Assembly: GCA_964016885.1 (NCBI GenBank)
Contig: OZ024765.1
Span: 13,888,001-13,952,000, forward strand
Origin: Eledone cirrhosa
Taxonomy: Eukaryota
DNA: 64,000 bases
Direction of reading: 5' to 3'
The notes below the pieces were generated by a model. The model was given only the letters and a program-made list of their open reading frames with translations. It was not told the origin of the DNA and did no database searches. How positions within the stretch are numbered: position 1 is the first letter of the stretch; every line of letters starts with the position of its first letter. This document shows positions 1 to 11,129 of this stretch, in pieces. A program made the position numbers and the translations under genes.

Positions 1-1485
1 TAGCCTTCTCTCGAGTAGACAACATCTGATCCCTCTTATCTCTAATTTATTCCTTAGTTCGTTTATGCTTTGCCGTTCACGTATATTACTGTTACACATC
101 CAGCGGAGCATGCAAGCTTCGTTCCTCTCTAGTCTGCGTATATCCTCTGCACACAATGCCCAGGTCTCACTGCCATGCAGCATTGCTGTTCGTATGCAGG
201 CATCGTACAACCTGCCTTTCATTTTTAGTGAGAACCCTTTAGCAGCTAATAGTGGTATAAGCTCTCTGAACTTTTTCCAACCAGTTCTGACTCTAGCTAC
301 AGTACTTTCAGAGCACCCTCCCCCACTGCTGATTTTATCGCCCAGGTAACGGAAGCTGTCCACTATTTCTATAGAACCCTCTGCGCAATTGAAAGAGCTA
401 GTATTTTGTGGGCACTTGCTGCTACTTATTGCACCAGAGCACCGGCCACATGTAAAATCTATGTTCTTAGTTAGCCTACCTGTGATCCCACTACATCTTT
501 TATGCACCCATACTTTGCATTTAGGACATAAAATGGAGTTTCTACCTACGCCTTTCCTACACACCGAGCACGACCATTTCCCAGAAGGGACCGCCGCCTT
601 GTTTTCTTTCCTACAAACTAGTACTTTGGTCTTAGCCAGGTTAATTTTAAGTCCTTTTGACTCTAGGCCGTGCTTCCATGTTTGGAATTTCTTCTCTAGC
701 TCGGCCATTGATTCCGCTATGAGTGTCAGGTCGTCTGCGTATAGGAGTTCCCATGGGCAGCCTGTCTTGAACTCCTCTGTTATGGCCTGAAGGGCAATAA
801 TAAATAGTAGTGGACTGAGAACAGAGCCCTGATGGACGCCGACTTTTACGCTAAACTCTTCACTATATTCGTTGTTAATTCTAACCTTGCTGACTGTTTC
901 TTTATACATGGCTTGTATAGCCCTCACAAGCCATTCGTCAACGCCTAGTTTTCTAAGAGCCCACCAGATAATGGAGCGGGGGACTCTGTCGAAGGCTTTC
1001 TCCAAGTCGACAAAAGCTAAGTAGAGGGGTTTACCTTTAGCTAGGTACTTCTCTTGTAGTTGTCGTACTATGAAAAGAGCGTCTGTGGTACTTTTGCCTG
1101 ACACAAACCCGAACTGCATTTCATCTAGGTCAATTCTCTCTCTGATTAGTTGCGCTATTACTCTTTCCGTGACCTTCATGACCTGGTCGATTAATTTAAT
1201 GCCTCTATAGTTACTCCTATCTAGGGCGTCTCCTTTACCCTTATAACAGTTAACGATGATGCTGCTATGCCAGTCCTTCGGAACAACCCCGTTTTGTACG
1301 ACTTGGTTAACTATGCGGGTGACCATGGTGTGTCCCACCGTGCCAGATGCCTTCAGCATCTCAGCAACTATTTCCGAAGGCCCAGCCGCCTTACCAGTCT
1401 TCATATCCTTGATTGCCTTACTTATTATACTCCCCTCGACTAACACTGCTGGTCCCTCTATTGGGTCGATATGGGGGAGACTGAC
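1..1485 (-). mobile_element. RTE-clade LINE, 5'-truncated, open reverse transcriptase frame running off the left edge
   Basis: Minus-strand frame with no stop seen in my translation: KAAGPSEIVAEMLK...NYRGIKL...QFGFVSGKSTTDALF...AFVDLEKAFDRVPR...GVHQGSVLSPLLF...LLYADDL...INLAKTKVL...FRYLG...MLHGSETW. The 5' end abuts (TA)n at ~1488. It is absent from the ORF track because the frame has no stop inside the window. Confidence 0.95.
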
Positions 1486-1511
1486 TGTATATATATATAT
1501 ATATATATATA

Positions 1512-1626
1512 TACAAGGGTCAGCTGAAATGTTCATGGGCTGACTATGAAGAAGTAAGACTAGAGCTTTTGGTCATTCCATAAGAGTATCTTGGTCAGCC
1601 TATGAACATTTCAGCTGACCCTCATA
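1512..1626. mobile_element. Mariner-type MITE (~115 bp)
   Basis: Terminal inverted repeats TACAAGGGTCAGCTGAAATGTTCATGGGCTGAC / GTCAGCCTATGAACATTTCAGCTGACCCTCATA, with TA-rich flanks. Confidence 0.75.
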
Positions 1627-1674
1627 TATAAAACATAACAATATCACTCAGAATTAAATATATAAACATCATAC

Positions 1675-1760
1675 TGGGTGTAGACTGTCTGGGATTATGT
1701 AGGAATTGGCAAATTCTTCGGAACTGGTCACATTCTTGTTGTCTCGTGTGATGAAGTCAT
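1675..1760 (-). CDS. Exon 9 of VWD-family secreted protein (end of VWD domain)
   Basis: ACAG acceptor and GTATG donor, phase 1-0; (D)DFITRDNKNVTSSEEFANSYIIPDSLHP matches the VWD terminal pattern DDF...F.NS(W/Y). Confidence 0.85.
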
Positions 1761-1976
1761 CTGTAAGTAGCATAAGATTTCAAGAATGTAAGAATATGAG
1801 ATTATTAGAATATTAGAAGGCTGTTTAATTTATCTTCTACATTTTAAAGGTTTCCAATTTAACCCTTTAGCTTCTTGGCTCTGGTTCTAGAAATATAGCC
1901 ACCAATTCTAAAGAGTTCCTATTTTGTATATAAGAACCTTATGTTACATTACTATCTTAGTAATGAAATCCCTCAA

Positions 1977-2883
1977 TTAACCCTTTAGCATTTAAACCGG
2001 CCATATCCAGCCAGAATTTTCTCACCTCTTTCTCTTCAAACCGGCTGTAACTAGCCACTCATACTGATGTTAAGATATTCTTTTCCAAATAAATAAATGA
2101 TATCAAAATCTTGTAGATTCTATATTATGTGAGATATTATGTGAGGTAAAGCCTTTACCATGAAAATATAATAGTATATATAGAGTAATGTAAATGTTAT
2201 GTGAGATATTATGTGAGGTAAAGCCTTTACCGTGAAAATACAATAGTATATATAGAGTAATGTTAAAGTGTTAAATTAAATTCTTGGCCATAACTGGCCT
2301 TGGTTCTAGAAATATAGCCATGAATTTTAAAGAGTTCCAATTTTGTATATAAGAACCTTATGTTAAGTTACTATCTTAGTAATGAAATCCCTCAAAATTC
2401 TTCAGAAACTAATTGAAATCGAATTGAAATGGTTATGAAAGGGTTAACCCTTTAGCATTTAAATTGGCCGTATCCAGCCAGAATTCTTTCACCGCTTTCA
2501 ATTCGAACCAGCTGTAACCAACCACTCATACTTATGTACTTATGTTAAGGTATTTTTCTCAAAATAAATCATATCAAAACCTCGTTGATTCAATATTATG
2601 TGAGATATTATGTGAGGTAAAATTTTTACCGTGAAAATAAAATAGTATATAAAGAGTAATGTAAATGTTATGTGAGATATTATGTGAGGTAAAGCCTTTA
2701 GTGTGAAAATACAATAGTATATATAGAGTAATGTAAATATTATGTGTGGTAAAGCCTTTACTGTGAAAATACAATAGTATATATAGAGTAATGTAAATGT
2801 TATGTGAGATATTATGTGAGGTAAAGCCTTTACTGTGAAAATACAATAGTATATATAAAGTAATGTAAATGCTAAAGGGTTAA
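1977..2883 (+). mobile_element. Two adjacent TTAA-flanked piggyBac-like MITEs with internal 60/75-bp repeats
   Basis: TTAA-CCCTTTAGCATTT at 1977 and 2444, and AAATGCTAAAGGG-TTAA ending at ~2883; internal repeat GAGGTAAAGCCTTTACTGTGAAAATACAATAGTATATATAGAGTAATGTAAAT. Confidence 0.75.
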
Positions 2884-2921
2884 AGATGAAAAACATTGAA
2901 TAAAAACTAAGACAGACTTAC

Positions 2922-3086
2922 CAGTGGGATCATCATTATAGTTGCTACATAAGCCCTTGATATGTTTGCTCTTCACACTCTTTTGTAATGTCACATAGAC
3001 AGAAGACTCGTTGTCAAATTTGATTTTCAAGCCAAAAGCAGAGTTTTCAATATGGACGAAATTATCTTTCAAAACAATACTGGTTC
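2922..3086 (-). CDS. Exon 8 (VWD domain)
   Basis: CCAG acceptor and GTAAGT donor, phase 1-1; TSIVLKDNFVHIENSAFGLKIKFDNESSVYVTL...KGLCSNYNDDPT (VWD GLCGNFN-like motif). Confidence 0.9.
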
Positions 3087-3117
3087 CTGGAGAAAATGTA
3101 GGAAGATGGAAGATATC

Positions 3118-3150
<33 letters not shown>

Positions 3151-3900
3151 GTATATATAAAATCTAATTTTGTTAGACTATATATATGTGTTTATATCTA
3201 TATTATATCTGTATTTTTTACCGTTGGTCAGTCAATGGTAAACATTGAGGACCGAATGAATTAACTGATATAAAAGATACAGAAGCGAAAACCAACCAAA
3301 TAGTGAGTGTGTTCTGTTATTAATTCTGGCAATATTATTACAACAATATGACCCTCCCCAAGTGTATATATATATATATATATATATATTGTAATAATGC
3401 TTTCATAAATAATAAAAAATGTGAAGACTAAAATCCGAAGAAGGCTCAATAAGGATATTATATATATAAATATATATAAAAACCGTAGAGCAAATATTTA
3501 TTAAACAGATTAAAGTTTAAGCAAAGAATAATAATATATTCCTTCCATATACTGTACCGATTGTGTTGTTATTTCTGTTTACTTTTTACACACACACACA
3601 TATATATATATATTTATTAAAATAACAGATTAGAGTTTAAGCAAAGAATCGCTGCTTTCACCCTTAACGGGATCTTCTGAAACTAAAAAAAAAAAACTAA
3701 GACAGATTGATTTTTTTTAGTTTCAGAAGATTCTGTTAAGGGTGAAAGCAGCAATTCTTTGCTTAAACTTTACTCTGTTATTTTAATAAATATATATATG
3801 TGTGTGTGTGTGTGTAAAAGGTAAACAGAAATAACAGCACAATCAGTACAGTATATGGAAGGAATATATTAGGTTAACACTTGAAATGGCAGAAAGAGGG

Positions 3901-3936
3901 TCTTGACGTTTCAGACACTAGTCCTTCATCAGAAGA
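3901..3936 (-). ncRNA. Minimal type I hammerhead ribozyme motif (Penelope-like)
   Basis: Minus strand reads TCTT-CTGATGA-AGGAC TAGT GTCT-GAA-AC GT-C-AAGA: intact core, stem I TCTT/AAGA, stem II, palindromic ACGT stem III, GUC cleavage triplet. Confidence 0.8.
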
Positions 3937-4332
3937 AAGAATGAGAACTAAGATAGATTGACGGGACGGGTGGGGTGGAATTGGAAAAAATCTTAGAGAA
4001 AAATAACAGGTCTATTCATGTTGCCATCTCTTGAAAATCTGTTGATGTTGGCGTTTTCTGTATGGTATATTTTTTTAGAAAAGTGGATGATGGAACCCGT
4101 ATATATATATATAGTAATAATAATAATAAATGTGAAGACTAAAATCCAAAGAGGGCTCGATAAGGATAATATATATATCAAATATATAAGAACCCTAGAG
4201 CAAATATTTATTAAAATAACATATTAAAGTTTAAGCAAAGAATCGCTGCTTTCACCCTTAACAAGATCTTCTTAAGGGTGAAGGCAGCAATTCTTTGCTT
4301 AAACTTTAATCTGTTATTTTAATAAATTAATA

Positions 4333-4436
<104 letters not shown>

Positions 4437-4626
4437 TATATATATGTGAGCCCTGGGTTCAGTTGGGGCTAACCACAGTAAGTAAAGTATTCAATACATT
4501 AGTAGAGTGTAAATAACATATTTAATATAGAAATTGCTTCTACAGGACTAGAACTGTTTCATTCGAAGGAAATCTAATCATCAGGCACCTAGAGCGTGCT
4601 GAAGATTAAATAAATTATTATCTTAC

Positions 4627-4729
4627 CATTAAAATATTGCCCTTTGGAAAGATCCAGCATTATGTCACCCAATACAACATGGTGGCCATTGGTGATAATT
4701 CTGGTCTCGGTCAGTCGAATGTCCAACCT
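4627..4729 (-). CDS. Exon 7 (VWD domain)
   Basis: TTTCAG acceptor and GTAAG donor, phase 0-1; RLDIRLTETRIITNGHHVVLGDIMLDLSKGQYFN(G); phases bridge exons 6 and 8. Confidence 0.85.
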
Positions 4730-4859
4730 CTGAAATAGAAACACCACCATCAGTATAATATTATGTTACCACCATGAGCACGAGGTAAAGTGTTGCTTGT
4801 ATTCTTGTTATTAATTCTGATGAATCCCATCTTTTGTTCATATTATTAATTAACTAATA

Positions 4860-5030
4860 ATTGTTTCTACTTTTGGCACAAGGCTAGCAATTACCCAGTA
4901 CATTACTGGTACTTTATTTTATCGACCCTGTAAGGATGAAAGGCAAAGTTAACCTCAGCGGGATTTGAACTCAGTCCGTAAAGCAGCGTAACTCTATGCT
5001 GGAAAGAATGGCATCCGACTCTCTACCAAT
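4860..5030 (-). mobile_element. SINE family B, one of about 10 copies (also ~5392-5550, 10650-10830, 14590-14750, 18198-18365, 25820-26150, 39980-40165, 43845-43980, 45850-46045, 61220-61400)
   Basis: Shared core GAGTTCAAATCCCGCCGAGGTTAACTTTGCCTTTCATCCTTACGGGGTCGATAAAATAAAGTACCAGT, with B-box-like GAGTTCAAATC and A-box-like TGGCAGAGTCGTTA in fuller copies. Confidence 0.75.
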
Positions 5031-5892
5031 ACTTTCACTAATGTGGAAGAAATATACGTCAATTAAAATATAATATAATTAACAGTCTCTGGGGGTTTTT
5101 TTTCAATGACTTGTGGGTCATTGGATAAGGCACTAAACTAAGGAACTAGAGGTCACATGTTCGACTCCTGTCAACCTCAACAGGCTTCACTTCATGTAGG
5201 TGTCAAGGTAAAAGAGCACCCAGCACTCACTGTAAATTAGGTTGGTGTTAGGAAAGGCATCCAGCTGTAGAAATCAAGCCAGAATCAGTTTTGTATAAGC
5301 AAGACACGGTCGCCTGACCTAGCATTGCCCACTACAGGACAACCCGTCTAACCCATGCTAATGGACTTAAAACGGTGATGATGGTATACATAGGTGGTGA
5401 ATTGGCAGAGTCGTTAAGACGTCAGATAGAATGCTTTATGGTATTCATCCCACCTCATTGCGCACTCTGAGTTCAAATCCCGCCGAATTCAACTTTGGCT
5501 TTTATCCTTTCGAGGTTAATAAAAGAAAAGTACCAGTCCAGTCGATTCTTCCTTTATAGAAAAAAATCGGTTATATTCAGATCTGGAGAGTGTTGGGCTC
5601 CGACAGGTTTAAAAATACCCTAGACAAACCATATGACAGTGCCTCTACGACATCACAAGGAGTGGGATCTTATCCTTTATTAAATGTTAATATATTAACC
5701 AATTGATATTTATATGTAATCTGGTGAAATTTTGTTTGAAAAACTAGATAAAAAGGACTCAATACAGGATCTTTATCTTTTATCCTAGACATGCTGTATG
5801 ACGGTGCCTCTACAACTCCACAAGGAGTTATAGGATCTGTATCATATATAAATATATACATATATATATATGTATTTATATATATATATATG

Positions 5893-5936
<44 letters not shown>

Positions 5937-5938
<2 letters not shown>

Positions 5939-6439
5939 GCTGATAAACTCCGACATCACACACTTACACCTCTCCAAGACAATGTCACTGGACCGAGACC
6001 TTTGGCGGTACTCAGTAACAGAGAAGACCCGCCTTACCTAAATATATAGTAAAACCTACTCCAGCCAGTAGGCATCTCTAACAAAATACACCCCGTCCCA
6101 CCACCCCCACCCCCACCCCATCCACACCACCCCGTTCTATGTAAAGTTATGTTGGTGCCGCGCCATCGAGGCCGAAACAAATGAGATCGTGTAGGTGTCA
6201 CGACAAAAAAAACACACAGTCCACGCTGTAATGTGGCCGTGTAGGCAACACGGTAAAAACCTCCCAGACCCACACTGTAAATGTGGTTGGTGTTAGGAAG
6301 GGCATCCAACTGTAGAAAACCTGCCAGACAGTCCTATGCGAGCAAGACAATCACTCTTGCCTCAAGTGGGACTACCCCCGTCCAAACCCATGCAAGCGTG
6401 GAACACGGACGTTAAACGTTGATGATGATGATGATGATG

Positions 6440-6440
<1 letters not shown>
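5937..6440 (+). mobile_element. RTE LINE 3' end with (GAT)n tail
   Basis: Encodes ...HLHLSKTMSLDRDLWRYSV..., then a 3' UTR ending GGACGTTAAACG(GAT)n; same family as 13780-14112, 35520-36118 (minus) and 41056-41725. Confidence 0.8.
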
Positions 6441-6473
<33 letters not shown>

Positions 6474-7491
6474 TTTAATCCGAACTAAGCCACCAGTATT
6501 ATAACAGTGGGAATCTAGCTAGTTCCAATCTAGCTGTCAAAAAGGCCGGAGCTCAGCCATTGGGGTCCTGACTCTTTTCATATATATATATAAAATAAAA
6601 ATGGCGTAGACATTTCAATGTAATACAAAACAATACAATAGGAGGGAACATAATAGTACCACTGTTGATGTTGCAGATGTGCAACGAAAGAATTTTGATT
6701 GCCTCTATATATTTATTTATATCTGTATTTTTAACCGTTGGTCAATCAATGATAAACATTGATTGCCACATAAATTAACTATGGAGATATAAAAGATACA
6801 GAACCGAAAACCAACCAACAGTGAGTGTGTTCTGTTATTATTTCTGACAATATTATTACAACAATATGACCCTCCCCAAGTATAACAATATATATATGTA
6901 TATATATATACATATATATACCGTACAAGATTCTTTCGTCGCTCACATCCGCATAGCCAAGATGTGTCTTTGCCTTCTCGTCAATATTCGCAAATTCTTA
7001 TGTTCAAAATGAATTATTGACTTGATTTTCTCATTTTTTCCTCTCTTTACGTTGCCTCACCATTCGTGTTTGTTTATCTGTCTGTCTTTCTCCACCCAAC
7101 TCTTTTTATCCCAATAACTTAATTTAGTTATTGTATCGCCCTAGCTTGAGGTATATGGTCTGTAATCCAAAGAAATACCTATGATGGCTAGTAGACCACT
7201 GATGACGGATATTCCTGGCTTCTATTTCTAATTCTTCATTTATTATATATATATATATATATAATAAATGTAATCTGAGTTTTTCGAATATTAATGATAA
7301 CATTGGATTCATTTGCAATTATGCAAACAAGCCTCAATTTTATAGCCATGTCAGTAGAATGAACACTTCATTCTTGCTCTTATGTTGGCATGCGAACAGA
7401 ACTGCATAATTGCAAACAAATCAAATGTTATTATTAATATTCGAAAAACTCAGATTACATTTATTGTATTCAGCCATGTCGAGTGAAATTT

Positions 7492-7530
<39 letters not shown>

Positions 7531-7826
7531 AGGTACGATCGACTTTCGTCAAATCGGACCGAGGAAACAATGTTTCCATTGGTCTTTCCAATTGCTAATA
7601 CTATCTATCGGTCGCAACTCCAGGTAGAAGGAGCAACGTGAAATAAAGTGTCTTGCTCAAGGACATAACGCATTGCCTGGTCCAGGAACCGAACTCACAA
7701 CCTTACGATTGTGAATCCAATAATCTAACCACTCAGCCACATGCCCTTCACCTATATATTGATGAACTGAATCAATAAGTCATGGGTTAAAAAGAAACAA
7801 AGAATAATTTGATTGATTTTTCTTAC

Positions 7827-8029
7827 CTTTCTGCATGTCTCAAGTCTGGAGCAGTTTTCTAATGTCATATCAATACTCCATACTCCTGGTTTCACAGCCA
7901 ATGTATATTTACAGTTTCCAGAGAAATCGTAAAGGACGCCGTCAAACGTCCGATAACTGTATGGACCGAAATTACGACAGGTAGCAAATGGGAGGTCGTA
8001 CATTTTTCTCACAATGTCTTTTTGGCTTG
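7827..8029 (-). CDS. Exon 6 (start of VWD domain)
   Basis: ACAG acceptor and GTAAG donor, phase 1-0; ATCRNFGPYSYRTFDGVLYDFSGNCKYTLAV is the VWD start motif. Confidence 0.92.
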
Positions 8030-8150
8030 CTGTTAAAATATATAGATATATAAATACATATATATAAGTTAAAACAGAAAACAAAAACAATAGCGGAGAG
8101 TGTGGTACAAAGTGTTAGTATTAAGTTCACGCTTGAGAAGGGGGCTGGGG

Positions 8151-8185
8151 GACGACGTTTCGGGCATAAGCCCTTCATCAGGAGG
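8151..8185 (-). ncRNA. Minimal type I hammerhead ribozyme motif
   Basis: CCTC-CTGATGA-AGGGC TTAT GCCC-GAA-AC GT-C-GTC: core and stem II intact, stem I weak. Confidence 0.7.
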
Positions 8186-8702
8186 AAAGTGGGCAGGAAA
8201 CGAGTTCCGAGGGTGTGAGGGGGAGTGGTGGAAAGACATTAAAACGGGGAGGGACAATTTAAAAGACGGTAAAAAAATTAAAATGAAACAAGTGGTGAAA
8301 GGGTGTGAGGCGTGGGGGGGGGATAGGGAGACAGGGGGTCCAAGGGGGGGAGGGTGGAAGGAGGTGTGTTTGTATGTGTGGATGTGAGTGTGAGAGTTTG
8401 GGGAAGAACGAGGTTCCATGTTCAAAATATATATAAATATATTAAAAAAATAGAATATATATATATATATATAAACAGAATAGGAGAGAAACAGAGAGGG
8501 AGAGAGAAGGGGAGGGAGAGAGAGGGTAGGGGGGGAGCAAAGATAGAGAGAGGCAAAGAGATAGAAATAAACAAAGTGAGAGAGAGAGACAAAGACAGAG
8601 AGCAAAGCAAAGAGAGAAAGAGAGAGAAGCAGAGAGAGAGAGAGAGAAGTAAAAAGAGAGAGAGAGAGAGGGGGGCTCATGGTATAAAATGTGATAACTT
8701 AC

Positions 8703-8873
8703 AGTTACTAGGGGGCGCACATGGAATACACTTGGAATTTGTCAGACCCCAACTTCGAATACTGGTCCCTTGACAACAATCAGCAAAGCTGTAGACAGTG
8801 TCCTTTCTATCAACAGCCCTTTCACCAAAACAATGACTTCCACTGTAACAATATCCCATGGAGTGTGTCACCT
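8703..8873 (-). CDS. Exon 5 (TB/8-Cys-hybrid-like cysteine module)
   Basis: TTAG acceptor and GTAAGT donor, phase 1-1; GYCYSGSHCFG...FADCCQGTSIRSWGLTNSKCIPC. Confidence 0.85.
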
Positions 8874-8939
8874 CTAACAAAGACAAAGTCAGATTATTTT
8901 TTTATTTCATTTCATATTGTAGCAATTGTCATCTTAAAC

Positions 8940-9490
8940 AGTACTGCAAATTTTCACAACAAACTGTCCACCAGTAAAGATACTATAAACATTTAGTACA
9001 AAACAACACTATGACTACATCACATTAAATACTAAAGTCTTTACTGTATTACTGTAAATTTTCACTACAATCTGTCCCTAGTAAAGTTACTATAAACATT
9101 TAGTACAAAACAACACTATGACTACATCACATTAAATATTAAAGTCTTTACTGTAATACTGTAAATTTTCACAACAATCTGTCCACCAGTAAAGATACTA
9201 TAAATATTTAGTACAAAACAACACTAGGATTATACATCACATTAAATATTAAAGTCTTTCCTGTAATACTGTAAATTTTCACAATATGTCCACCAGTAAA
9301 GATACTATAAATATTTATTACAAAACAACACTATGACTACATCGCATTAAATATTAAAGTCTTTACTGTAATACTGTAAATTTCCACAACAATCTGTCCA
9401 CAGGTAAAGATACTCTAAACATTTAGTACAAAACAACACTATGACTACATCACATTAAATATTAAAGTCTTTATTCTATTACTGCAAATG
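8940..9490. repeat. ~108-bp tandem repeat, 5 copies
   Basis: AAACAACACT anchor recurs at ~9001, 9108, 9216, 9323 and 9431. Confidence 0.9.
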
Positions 9491-9764
9491 TTTGCAGTGT
9501 AGGAGAAACACAAAATAAAAACGCAGTCACTGAGGTCACAGAATGTGTGACAAAATATAAACAACCATCCGGTTATTGAACCAACCAACTAGAAATTTAC
9601 AATAGATTGAAGTGGAAACCAACAAGTGCGTGTGTTTTTATTTGCAACATGACCCTCCCAAAGAATAACAATATTTGTTTCAACACATGTTTGAATATAA
9701 GAAATCTTGCAAAACAAATTCAAAAACGATGTATATAAGCATATATATATATATATATATATAT

Positions 9765-10078
9765 ATCATCATCATCATCATCATCATCATTTTACGTCCG
9801 CTTTTCCCTGCTTGCAAGGGTGGGACAGGAACTGATTCTGGCTTGATTTCTACAGCTGGATGCCCTTCCTAACACCAACCTCATTTACAGTGAGTGTTGG
9901 GTGCTTTTTTCCCGTGGCACCTCCACGACCACTTTGCAGTGAAATGATAGGGACCCCAGTCCCTATCACCTCATTTCTACAGCTGAGTAAACTGGAGCAA
10001 TGTGAAATAAAGTGTCTTGCTCAAGGAAACAACACATCACCCGGAGCAAGACACTTTATTTCACATTGCTCCAGTTTA
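9765..10078 (-). mobile_element. tRNA-derived SINE family A with RTE-type (GAT)n tail (also 16295-16710, 34720-35069, 40825-41045, 59645-59792)
   Basis: Conserved body ...TTCCTTGAGCAAGACACTTTATTTCACATTGCTCCAG...GGTGTTAGGAAGGGCATCCAGCTGTAGAAA...GGACGTAAAATGATGATG. Confidence 0.75.
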
Positions 10079-10153
10079 TATATATATATATATATTTGGG
10101 GGTTATCGTATATATATATATATATATATTTATTTATTTACGGTATTTGTTGA

Positions 10154-10198
10154 GCTCTGATGATTCCTGCCTAAAGGTGAGGATGAAACATTGTTAGT
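10154..10198 (+). ncRNA. Minimal type I hammerhead ribozyme motif
   Basis: GCT-CTGATGA-TTCCTGCCTAAAGGTGAGGAT-GAA-AC ATT GT-T-AGT. Confidence 0.65.
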
Positions 10199-10496
10199 GA
10201 ATAAAGACTGTTTGAGTATGTAAGCGTTCTTTGGTTTCTTTTGCATATATATATATATATATGTATGTATATATAGTGCTCCAGTATGGCCACAGTCTAA
10301 TGACTGGGCCCCGTAAAAGAATAAAGTGCATATAATAAATCTAGGCCATTATTGTCATAGAAAGATTTAGCTTACATTTTTCATTTCATCGTTAACAAGA
10401 CATGTCATACATTCCCTACATTCCCCTCCTGGGACACATGATCAATTCATGGTACAGTAAAACCCTCCCAAAGTATAACGAAAGAAGCATACTTAC

Positions 10497-10601
10497 CAGA
10501 AATTTTATCTTCGCAACGATAACCCCCAAATTCAGCTGAGCAGGTACATACATTGGGCTCATTACATTTTCCCCAATTTTTACAGGTAGGGTAACACATT
10601 G
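10497..10601 (-). CDS. Exon 4 (EGF-like domain)
   Basis: GTAG acceptor and GTAAGT donor, phase 1-1; CYPTCKNWGKCNEPNVCTCSAEFGGYRCE has six-Cys EGF spacing. Confidence 0.9.
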
Positions 10602-11129
10602 CTACAAATATAGAAAAGAAAAATCATGACTATATTACAGGACTGTAGGGCAGTGGTTTGGCAGCATCGGAAGAGCATCAGACGCCATGCTTTGCAGCAT
10701 AGTTACGACCCTTTGCGTTCTTAGTTCAAATCCGCCGAGGTTAACTTTGCCTTTCATCCTTACGAGGTTGATAAAATAAAGTACCAGTGATGCACTGGTG
10801 TAATCGCTGGCCTTGTGCGAAAAGTAGAAACTCTATATTACAGGACTGTCACATTATATCCTTTAATAATTTGTTGTTTATACGTTTTTTTTCTTAGGGG
10901 ACAGTTTTACTTATCCCAGGATTCTGGGATAAAATTAATATTTTTCCTGGGATCCTGGTAGGAAAGCCAGTTCTCCTTCTTTGCTTTCTTCTTCTTCTTC
11001 TTTGCATTCTTCTAATTCTTCTTCTTCATCTTCTTCTCTTTGATTCTTCTTCTTCTTCTTCTTCTTCTTTGCATTCTTCTTCTTCCCTTCCTCCTCCTTC
11101 TTCTCCTTCTGCTCTTCCTTCTTCTTCGC

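Noticed and set aside
65-1543. Plus-strand ORFs 65-349, 389-790 and 1256-1543
   Set aside because: Antisense shadows of the RTE reverse transcriptase frame.
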